DNA of 64,000 nucleotides, from assembly GCA_026982655.1 (NCBI GenBank), contig JALSGO010000083.1, positions 30-64,029 on the forward strand, written 5' to 3'. The stretch comes from Candidatus Bipolaricaulota bacterium (GTDB lineage Bacteria > Bipolaricaulota > Bipolaricaulia > RBG-16-55-9). The notes under the pieces are model-generated. The model saw only the letters and a program-made list of their open reading frames with translations. It was not told the origin of the DNA and did not search any database. Shown here piece by piece: positions 56,461 to 64,000 of this stretch. How positions within the stretch are numbered: the stretch's first letter is position 1; every line of letters begins with the position of its first letter. The position numbers and the translations under genes were made by a program.

Positions 56461-57798
56461 ATGGGAATGGCGCAAGCGACGGCGACGGCAGATCGCACGG
56501 AAGCCCAAGTGCGAGCGGTTTTAGACCGCCTGCTCGAGGCCATCCGCCCGAGGGAGTTCGCCGTGCGACTCTGGAACGGGGAGGTCATCGAGCCCGACCC
56601 CGGCCATCCGGCCCGCTTTACGCTCGTACTTAACCACCCGGGCGCGCTGGGGCGGATGCTCTGGCCGCCCTCGGACCTCACGATAGGAGAAGCCTACATC
56701 CGGGGGGACTTCGACGTCGAAGGAGATCTCATCGCCGCCTTCTCGCTGCGGGAGCACTTCACCCGCCCGCCGTTCCGCCTTACGGAGATGCTGCGCATGG
56801 TCCGCGTCCTGCGCCGAGCGGCCCGGACGGCCCCTCCCCTCCAGCCCGATCGAGGGCCCGCGCGCCTGCGCGGGGCGCGCCACTCCAAGGAGCGGGATCG
56901 GGCCGCCGTCCGCTACCACTACGACGTGGGCAACGACTTCTACGCCCTGTGGCTCGACCGCAACATGGTCTACTCCTGCGCGTATTTTGAGACGGGCACC
57001 GAAGATATTGACACAGCCCAGGAAGCCAAACTGGACTACATCTGCCGCAAGCTGCGCCTTCAGCCGGGAGAACGGCTGTTGGACATCGGCTGCGGCTGGG
57101 GCGGACTCCTGATGCACGCGGCCCAGCACTACGGCGTCGAGGCCGTCGGCATCACGCTAAGCCCCCCGCAAGCCGAATGGGCCCGGGAGCGCATCCGCGA
57201 GCGGGGGCTCGCCGACCGCTGCCGGGTGGAGGTCGCCGACTATCGCGACTTCGACGAGGGCCCCTTTGACAAGCTGGTGAGCGTCGGGATGTTCGAGCAC
57301 GTGGGCGCGAAGATGCTCCCCGTCTACTTCCAAAAGGCCTGGTCGCTGCTTAAGCCCGGCGGGGTTTTTCTCAATCATGGGATTACGCTGGGCCCGGGCC
57401 CGCGCGACGAGCCGAGCTGGTGGGGACGCACGCTCTTTAAGCAGGGGCTGTTCATCCAGCGATACGTCTTCCCCGACGGCGAGCTGGAGCCGATCCACGA
57501 GTCGCTCCAGGCCGCCGGTGAGGTGGGCTTTGAACTTAGGGATGTGGAGTCGCTGCGCGAGCACTACGCGCTCACCCTGCGCCGCTGGGTCCAGCGCCTG
57601 GAGGCCCGCCACGACGAGGCCGTCCGCGCCGCGGGCGAGGCCGTTTATCGCATCTGGCGACTGTTCATGGCCGGATCGGCGTATCACTTCGAGATCGGGA
57701 GGCTCAACGTCTACCAGGCGCTCTTCGTCAAGCCCGATCGCGGGCGGAGCGGTTTGCCTCTGACCCGAGCCGACTGGTATGCTCGCCCTAGTTCCTAG
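56461..57798 (+). CDS. cfa: Cyclopropane-fatty-acyl-phospholipid synthase family SAM-dependent methyltransferase
   Basis: YDVGNDFYALWLD, LLDIGCGWGGL, VSVGMFEHVG and the other CFA synthase motifs. Confidence 0.8.
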   Translation: MGMAQATATADRTEAQVRAVLDRLLEAIRPREFAVRLWNGEVIEPDPGHPARFTLVLNHPGALGRMLWPPSDLTIGEAYIRGDFDVEGDLIAAFSLREHFTRPPFRLTEMLRMVRVLRRAARTAPPLQPDRGPARLRGARHSKERDRAAVRYHYDVGNDFYALWLDRNMVYSCAYFETGTEDIDTAQEAKLDYICRKLRLQPGERLLDIGCGWGGLLMHAAQHYGVEAVGITLSPPQAEWARERIRERGLADRCRVEVADYRDFDEGPFDKLVSVGMFEHVGAKMLPVYFQKAWSLLKPGGVFLNHGITLGPGPRDEPSWWGRTLFKQGLFIQRYVFPDGELEPIHESLQAAGEVGFELRDVESLREHYALTLRRWVQRLEARHDEAVRAAGEAVYRIWRLFMAGSAYHFEIGRLNVYQALFVKPDRGRSGLPLTRADWYARPSS

Positions 57799-57815
57799 GG
57801 AAAGGGGGTGATACG

Positions 57816-58022
57816 ATGAACGAGTCGTTCACCGATCCCGTCTGCGGGATGACGATCGATAAGAGCCAAGTCGCCGCGACCCTCGAGTACGGAGGGAAAA
57901 CGTACTACTTCTGCTCCCCCGGCTGCAAGGTCGCCTTCGAGCGCGAGCCCGAGAGGTATGCCGAGTCGGAGTCCAAGCCGGAGTCCTCGGAGGGGAGCGC
58001 TCCCGGGTCGTCCTCTCCTTGA
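57816..58022 (+). CDS. YHS/TRASH domain small protein
   Basis: DPVCGMTID...YYFCSPGCKVAF, same motif as the copA2 N-terminus. Confidence 0.7.
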   Translation: MNESFTDPVCGMTIDKSQVAATLEYGGKTYYFCSPGCKVAFEREPERYAESESKPESSEGSAPGSSSP

Positions 58023-58060
58023 AGTTCACCCCTTGGATAAACGAGGGAGCGCGAAAGCCT

Positions 58061-58106
58061 CCCGGACCGGCGGGGACCGAGGGACATCCCTCCCCGCCGG
58101 TCCGGG
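58061..58106 (+). terminator. Strong GC hairpin: 15-bp perfect stem CCCGGACCGGCGGGG / CCCCGCCGGTCCGGG with 16-nt loop, 39 nt after the YHS gene stop
   Basis: Inverted repeat read directly; no U-tract. Confidence 0.3.
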
Positions 58107-58188
58107 GCCGAGGACGGACCCCGCCCTCTCCACAAGATCTCCACAGCTCTTTCACCGGGACTTCACACCCCCTCCCTAAGGTGTCCTC

Positions 58189-60585
58189 ATGTCGACGCGA
58201 TCGCTCAAGGAGGAGAATCCCTCGATCATGTACAAGAAATACGTGGAATGGGTGCTGAACCGCCCCAAACTCGTGCTCGCGCTGATCGCGCTGGTGACCC
58301 TGGGGTTCGCCGCGGGGCTCCCGCGCATCCAGACGGACACCGACCCCGAGAACATGCTCCGTCCCGACGCCCCCATCCGCGTCTACAACGACCAGGTCAA
58401 AGCTTGGTTCGACCTCCAAGACGTGCTCGTCTTAGGGATCGTCAACGACCAAGACCCCAACGGGGTCTTGAACGCCCAAACGCTGGGGAAGATCTACCGC
58501 ATCACCCAAGAGATCCTCAAGATCGAGGGCGTCGTCCGCCGCAACGTCTGGAGTTTTCCGACGACCAACCACATCCGGGTGCGGGGAGGCACCCTCGTCC
58601 AAGAGCGTTTGCTCAAGACCGATCGGCCCACGGATGCCGACATCGCCGCGCTCGCCCAGGCCCTCGACGGAAACCCCCTCTTCGAGCGCATTCTCATCTC
58701 GGACGACCGCACGTTGGCCGCCCTCTACATCCCCGTGGAGGACGACGTGGACGCGAAACCCATCACGGATCGCATTCAGGAGATCGTCCAAGCCGAGGGC
58801 GGGCCGGAGGAGTATTACCTCGGCGGACAGCGCGTCGCCGAGGACGTCTTCGGGGTGCTGATGTTCCAACAGATGCTGCTGCTCTCGCCCTTGGTGGCCC
58901 TCGTCATCTGGGTGGGCTTGTGGCTCATGTTTCGAAGGCTGCGCTTTGCGTTTGTCTTCTCCCCCTTGTTGATCGCCTTGGTCTCGGTGATCTGGACGAT
59001 GGGGCTCATGATCTGGCTCGGGATCCCCGTCCACATCATGAGCTCCATGGCCCCCGTGTTTCTGATGAGCATCGGCGTGGTCGACGGGATCCACATCCTC
59101 AGTGAGTTCGTCGATCAGTACCCTAAGAGCCGCAACCGCCGCCGAGCGATCCTCGACACCCTGGTGGCCCTCAAGCGGCCCCTGCTCTACACCTCGCTGA
59201 CCACCGCCGTCGGCTTTGCGTCTTTGTACTTCACGGACATCCCGCCCGTTAGGGTCTTCGGGGTGTTCGTGGCCTTCGGGATCCTGGCCGCCTGGGTGCT
59301 TACGATCACCATGGTCCCGGCGATCGTGATGGTCCTGCGCGAGCAGGATGCCAAGGAGCTCGCTGCCAAGGAGAACCGCCTGGCCCGCGGGCTCCAAGCC
59401 CTGGGACGCTTCAGCATCCGGCGCCGCCGGGCCGTGCTCGTCGGGGGCCTCCTCGCTTTGGCCGTCGCGGGCTTCGGGCTGACTCAAATTCACATCGACG
59501 ACAGCCCCGTCTGGTGGTTCAAGAAGGGCCAGCCCATCCGCGAGGCCACCGCTTTATTGAACGAGAAGCTGGGAGGGACTTCGCTCCTGTATGTCGTGCT
59601 CGAGGGGGAGAAGGGCACGATGAAAGAACCCGAGGTGCTGCGGTACCTCGAGGAACTCCAGCGGTATCTGGAAGAATCCCCGTTGGTGGGCAAGACGACC
59701 TCGCTGGCCGACGTCGTCAAACGCATCAACGAGGCCTGGAACGACGACGATCCTCGGTATCGCGTGATCCCCGACTCCCGCAGGGCCGTAGCTCAGTTCC
59801 TGCTGCTGTACCTCTCCTCGGGGGACCCCAGCGATCTACAAGACTTCGTGACCCATGGCACGGGCTACGACAAGGCCAACGTCATCGTACAGGTGAAGAG
59901 CCCCGGTTCGGCGGCCATGGAGCGGGTCGTAGCACGGGCGCAAGCCTTCGTAGAGGGGAATCCGCCGCCCCGGGGGGTGCGGGTGAGCTTCGCCGGGCCG
60001 GGGTACTTCAATGCGAAGTGGAACGAGGAGATGTTCCGCGGGATGATGCGCGCCGTGGCCGGGGCCACCCTCGTCGTGTGGTTGCTGCTGTCGCTCAACT
60101 TCCGCTCGATGCGTTGGGGGATCGTGGGGCTGCTCCCCTTAGGGTTTACGATCGTGTTCACCTACGGGATGCTGGCTTTGCTGGGGGTGCCCTTCACCAT
60201 GCCCATCGAGGTGATCTCGGCCCTCTCGCTGGGGATGGCCGTGGACTTCGCCATCCACTTCGTCCAACGCTTCCGCGAGCGCTACGCCGAGACTCAAGAC
60301 GTAGAGGGCTCCTTGAGGTGGACCATGGGCGGGCCCGGCGTGGCCATTTTGCGCAACGCCGTCATCCTGTTTGTGGGCTTTACGGTGCTGATCTTCGCGC
60401 CGCTTACGCCGTATATCACCGTGGGGGTCTTTATCGCGATCATCATGGCCCTAAGCTCGCTGACCACGCTCTTCTTCTTGCCCGCGCTCATACGGCAGTT
60501 TGCCCCCTGGCTGGTGGACCGGCCCGCGCGGGCGGCCGTCCCCGCGGCCGCTGAAGTGGAAGCGGAAGTGGAACCGAAAGCCTAA
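58189..60585 (+). CDS. RND superfamily transporter, MMPL family (third copy)
   Basis: 798 aa; motifs GVVDGIHILSEF and GMAVDFAIHFVQRF; 12 TM helices. Confidence 0.8.
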   Translation: MSTRSLKEENPSIMYKKYVEWVLNRPKLVLALIALVTLGFAAGLPRIQTDTDPENMLRPDAPIRVYNDQVKAWFDLQDVLVLGIVNDQDPNGVLNAQTLGKIYRITQEILKIEGVVRRNVWSFPTTNHIRVRGGTLVQERLLKTDRPTDADIAALAQALDGNPLFERILISDDRTLAALYIPVEDDVDAKPITDRIQEIVQAEGGPEEYYLGGQRVAEDVFGVLMFQQMLLLSPLVALVIWVGLWLMFRRLRFAFVFSPLLIALVSVIWTMGLMIWLGIPVHIMSSMAPVFLMSIGVVDGIHILSEFVDQYPKSRNRRRAILDTLVALKRPLLYTSLTTAVGFASLYFTDIPPVRVFGVFVAFGILAAWVLTITMVPAIVMVLREQDAKELAAKENRLARGLQALGRFSIRRRRAVLVGGLLALAVAGFGLTQIHIDDSPVWWFKKGQPIREATALLNEKLGGTSLLYVVLEGEKGTMKEPEVLRYLEELQRYLEESPLVGKTTSLADVVKRINEAWNDDDPRYRVIPDSRRAVAQFLLLYLSSGDPSDLQDFVTHGTGYDKANVIVQVKSPGSAAMERVVARAQAFVEGNPPPRGVRVSFAGPGYFNAKWNEEMFRGMMRAVAGATLVVWLLLSLNFRSMRWGIVGLLPLGFTIVFTYGMLALLGVPFTMPIEVISALSLGMAVDFAIHFVQRFRERYAETQDVEGSLRWTMGGPGVAILRNAVILFVGFTVLIFAPLTPYITVGVFIAIIMALSSLTTLFFLPALIRQFAPWLVDRPARAAVPAAAEVEAEVEPKA

Positions 60586-60625
60586 TGGAGAGATTTTACA
60601 GAACCCCATAGGAGGTTGACCGACC

Positions 60626-61486
60626 ATGAGGCAGAGCACAAGCAACAGACTCCTCACGACCGGACGGACGTTGGGGCTCCTGGCCCTGGGGCTGCTCCTC
60701 ACGCTGGGGGCCTTCCCCGTGGTCCTCACGCAGGCCCAAGCGCAAGGTCCCTCGGCGGAGGAGATCATGCAACAGGCGAAGGACCGCTGGCAGGGCGAGG
60801 ATTTCACGTCGGCCGTGCGGCTTACGACCGCGGAGCCCGGCGGCGGGGAGACCGTCCTCGACGTCGACTTCAAGGCCAAGCTCATCGAGGAGAGCCGGGA
60901 CTCGGGTGCGTTCCGCTACAAGGTGTTGGCCCGCGTCACGGCCCCGGAGGACGTAGCGGGCTGGGCGGTCCTCATCTGGGAGCAGGAGTTCCCCACCCCG
61001 GACGACATCTGGCTCTACCTGCCGGCGCTCGAGTCCACGAAGAAGATCTCGCTGGAGAACTTCCGTAACCCGCTCTTTGGAAGCGAGTTCGTGTTCGAGG
61101 ACGTCATCGGGCGCGAGCCGGGGCTCGACACCCACGAACTCCTGCGGGAGGAGACCCTCAACGTCGGCGGCGAGGACCGCCCCGTCTGGGTGATTAAGAG
61201 CACGCCTCAGGACCCCGATCTGGCGGGCTTCGCCTACCGCATCACCTACGTGGACCGGGAGACGCTCTTGGAGCTCCGCATGGAGCTCTACAACGACACC
61301 GACGCGTTGATCAAGCTCTACCAAGCCGAGGAGGTGCGAGAGCTGCAGGGCATCCCCACGTGGGTTACGGCGACGGCGGAGAACCTCGAGACGGGTCGAG
61401 TCACCACCTTCGAGTTCCTCGAGCCGGTCTACAACACGGGCGTTCCGGACGAGATCTTCGACCCGGAGCGGTTGGGGCAGCCGTAA
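60626..61486 (+). CDS. LolA-like outer-membrane lipoprotein-sorting family protein (MMPL-associated)
   Basis: Signal peptide; IWLYLPALESTKKI...GSEFVFEDV, paralogous to 55625-56407. Confidence 0.65.
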   Translation: MRQSTSNRLLTTGRTLGLLALGLLLTLGAFPVVLTQAQAQGPSAEEIMQQAKDRWQGEDFTSAVRLTTAEPGGGETVLDVDFKAKLIEESRDSGAFRYKVLARVTAPEDVAGWAVLIWEQEFPTPDDIWLYLPALESTKKISLENFRNPLFGSEFVFEDVIGREPGLDTHELLREETLNVGGEDRPVWVIKSTPQDPDLAGFAYRITYVDRETLLELRMELYNDTDALIKLYQAEEVRELQGIPTWVTATAENLETGRVTTFEFLEPVYNTGVPDEIFDPERLGQP

Positions 61487-61502
61487 CGGCTGCAGGGGCT
61501 TG

Positions 61503-61543
<41 letters not shown>

Positions 61544-61681
61544 GATCCCCCTTGCGTTGGGATCTCCCCCTTGCTATCGTGAACCTATGTCGTTACGGAG
61601 GGAAACGTTCATCGCGCTGCGTCCGCAACCGGGGCGCACCGAGACCCTGAGGCACAACTCTGAGGAGGAGGGGATGAGCCC

Positions 61682-63124
61682 ATGAATGAGAAGACGTGGA
61701 TGATCGTGATGGTCGTGCTCGCGCTGGCCCTGGGACTGTGGTGGCTCTCCACACCGAAAGGCCCCCGGATGGAGATGGGGCAGAGAGCGGCCCCTGCGGC
61801 CGAGGAGGCCGTAGCCGGGGCTCAAGGGGGGCTGAACCGCCTGGCGTTCGTCGACCCGAGGACGGGCAGTCGGTTCACGGTCGAGGTCGGCCCGGCCACC
61901 CACGGCGTAGGCGTCCTGCCGGACGGCTCGAAGGCGTACGCCACCAGCTTCGGCGCCGACGAGATCTCCGTAGTCGATTTGGCCCAGAAGAAGACGGTCA
62001 AGACGATCTCCATCGGGGCCAAGTCCCACCATGTCGAGATCAGTCCCGACGGGCGTTGGGCCTACATCACCGCCGCGGACGACACCGTGGCCGTGATCGA
62101 CACCCGCACCGACACCCTGGCCGCGAAGATCGCCGTCCCGCCCGGCCCGATGTACGCCGTCTTCTCGCCCGACGGGCGCTTCGCGTACGTCACCAGCATG
62201 AAGGGCGGCGTGGTGAGCGTCCTCGACGTCGAAGCCCAGCAAGTCGTCCGGGAGATCCCCGTCGGGAAGGGGCCGGATCACGCGGCGCTCACCCCCGACG
62301 GGCGCTTCCTCTACGTCGCAAACCGCAACGACGGGACCGTGAGCGTCATTGACACCCAGCAGGGGAGCGTTATAGCGACGATCCCCGTGGGGAAGGGACC
62401 TCATGGGGTGGCCGTCGTCGAACGCGGTGGGAAACTGCTCGTCTTTGTGGGCAACCGCGGCGAGACGACGATCTCCATCATCGATCCCACGACGAACGCA
62501 GTCCTCGAGACGTTCGATCTGGGGGTAAGCCCCGAGCACCTCACGCCCTCCTTCGACCGCAAGACGCTCTACATCGGGAGCATCCCCGCGAAGCAGCTCT
62601 TCGTCTACGACGTCGAGCGCGGGGAGATCGTGCAGCGCTTCGACGTCGAAGGGGAGATCCACCAGATCGTCGTCGTGCCCCCACGCCAACAGGCCCGCAT
62701 GCCCATGCCGAGGATGCCCATGGAGCCTGAGCAAGAGAAGGGGAAAGAGATGGGCATGCCTATGGAAGTCGAGTACGAGCTCGTCGAGGTCGAGGGCGGC
62801 AGCTACCGAAATATCGACGCCCCCACCCTCTGGGCGATGCTCCAACAGAAGGACTTTCTGCTGATCAACGTCCACATCCCCTACGCGGGCGAGCTGCCCG
62901 AGACGGACTTGTTCATCCCCTTCAACGCCATTGAAGAAAACCTCGACAAGCTCCCGGAAGACAAGGACACGAAGATCGTGGTCTACTGCCGCAGCGGGCC
63001 GATGAGCGCGAAGGCCGCCGCGACGCTGGTGAAGCTGGGCTACACGAACGTCTGGAACTTAGAGCAGGGGATGCGCGAGTGGCAGGCGGCGGGGTTCCCA
63101 CTCTTGACGAACAAGGCGGAGTAG
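61682..63124 (+). CDS. Membrane-anchored YVTN-family beta-propeller protein with Met-rich linker and C-terminal rhodanese domain
   Basis: Repeated ...SPDGR.AYV...G.VSVID... blades; MPMPRMPME...MGMPME Met-rich segment; rhodanese active-site loop VVYCRSGPMS; GAGGAGGGGA RBS. Confidence 0.7.
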   Translation: MNEKTWMIVMVVLALALGLWWLSTPKGPRMEMGQRAAPAAEEAVAGAQGGLNRLAFVDPRTGSRFTVEVGPATHGVGVLPDGSKAYATSFGADEISVVDLAQKKTVKTISIGAKSHHVEISPDGRWAYITAADDTVAVIDTRTDTLAAKIAVPPGPMYAVFSPDGRFAYVTSMKGGVVSVLDVEAQQVVREIPVGKGPDHAALTPDGRFLYVANRNDGTVSVIDTQQGSVIATIPVGKGPHGVAVVERGGKLLVFVGNRGETTISIIDPTTNAVLETFDLGVSPEHLTPSFDRKTLYIGSIPAKQLFVYDVERGEIVQRFDVEGEIHQIVVVPPRQQARMPMPRMPMEPEQEKGKEMGMPMEVEYELVEVEGGSYRNIDAPTLWAMLQQKDFLLINVHIPYAGELPETDLFIPFNAIEENLDKLPEDKDTKIVVYCRSGPMSAKAAATLVKLGYTNVWNLEQGMREWQAAGFPLLTNKAE

Positions 63125-63131
63125 GTGCCCC

Positions 63132-63886
63132 ATGGTCTTAGACCCATCCGAGCCCAACCCGGCGCAAAAGGCGATGCCCTCGAAGGCCTTCCCCATAGAT
63201 CCGGAAGCGACGGGGGTCACGCGGGCGCGCTACGACCGCGTGGCCCCCGTCTATGACCTCTACGAAGGCCTGATGGAAGGGCTCTTCTTCCGCTCGTGGC
63301 GGCGGCTCGTCTGGGGCGCCGTCCAAGAGCACCTGGAGCACCTGCAGCAAATCGCAGCCGCCACGAGCGCAGCGAAGCCCCGCTTGCTGGAGGTCGGCGT
63401 GGGCACGGGCAAGAACCTGCCCTACTACCCCGGAGGCGTCGAAGCCCTAGCCATCGACCTCAGCGAGAAGATGCTGGAGCGCGCCCGGAAGCGGGCTCTC
63501 AAGCTGGGAAAGCCCGTAGATTTGCTCCCGATGGACGCCCAGGCCCTCGCCTTCCCCGACGAGTCCTTCGACGTCGTGGTGGCCACGTTCGTGTTCTGCT
63601 CTGTGCCCGATCCCGTCCTAGGGCTCCGCGAAGTCAACCGGGTATTGAAGCCCCACGGACAGGTGGTTTTGCTGGAGCACATGCGTCCGCGCTCCGAGCG
63701 CTTGGGGAAACTCTTCGATCTCTTCAATCCCCTCGCCGTGAGGCTGACCGGGGCGAACATCAACCGCCGTACGGTCGAAAACGTCCGCAAGGCGGGCCTC
63801 GAACTTGAGAGCGTAAGGGAGCTCTCGGCCCAAGGAATCGTAAAGCTTATCGTAGCCCGAAGGGGCTCACCCGAAGGAGGTCAGCC

Positions 63887-63890
<4 letters not shown>
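63132..63890 (+). CDS. Class I SAM-dependent methyltransferase (UbiE/COQ5-like)
   Basis: LLEVGVGTGKNL motif I, acidic post-I and DVVVATF motif. Confidence 0.7.

Positions 63891-64000
<110 letters not shown>

Overview
This is a high-GC (roughly 65-70%) bacterial chromosomal segment with dense, mostly non-overlapping coding. The first ~27 kb are housekeeping and stress genes. The clearest anchors are a complete hrcA-grpE-dnaK-dnaJ heat-shock operon preceded by a textbook CIRCE element, a sigma-70 family factor, a Cu/Zn superoxide dismutase, a HicAB toxin-antitoxin pair, and assorted hydrolases, peptidases and methyltransferases. A Rad52-family annealing protein is appended to the heat-shock operon and converges on comEC. 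From ~28.9 kb the window becomes an accessory-like metal (copper) homeostasis supercluster about 32 kb long. It starts with a peptide/nickel-type ABC importer (substrate-binding protein plus two permeases, no ATPase) and a Tat-dependent Rieske protein. Two paralogous Cu(I) P1B-ATPases follow; copA2 carries an N-terminal YHS/TRASH domain. A CsoR-type Cu(I)-sensing repressor lies between them. Two cupredoxin-like proteins, a CopZ-like HMA protein, a CcdA-like thiol-disulfide membrane protein and two DUF1573 proteins are also present. There are two bc-type cytochrome b paralogs and three MMPL/RND transporters, two of them paired with LolA-like proteins. A CFA synthase, YHS and Cys-rich small proteins, and a YVTN beta-propeller-rhodanese fusion with a Met-rich linker complete the cluster, and the window ends in a protein that opens with an (EH)n repeat. 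The most notable observation is a recurring 10-bp-arm inverted repeat, ATCCCACCCC-N4-GGGGTGGGAT. It sits between -35 and -10 elements at four promoters: upstream of the Rieske/copA1/csoR operon, of a cytochrome b gene, of a small Cys-rich ORF and of an MMPL transporter. This matches the architecture of known CsoR operators. It implies an unusually broad copper-responsive regulon that includes respiratory-chain components. Other oddities include a 39-nt poly-G tract, duplicated ~45-bp promoter/operator modules, a ~400-bp perfect inverted duplication inside two esterase genes, gene-conversion tracts between copA1 and copA2, an apparent frameshift in a hydrolase gene, and short tandem repeats ((CAAG)n, a TGTACCA array, (GAGCAC)n). 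No rRNA, tRNA, CRISPR array or clear mobile element was seen.
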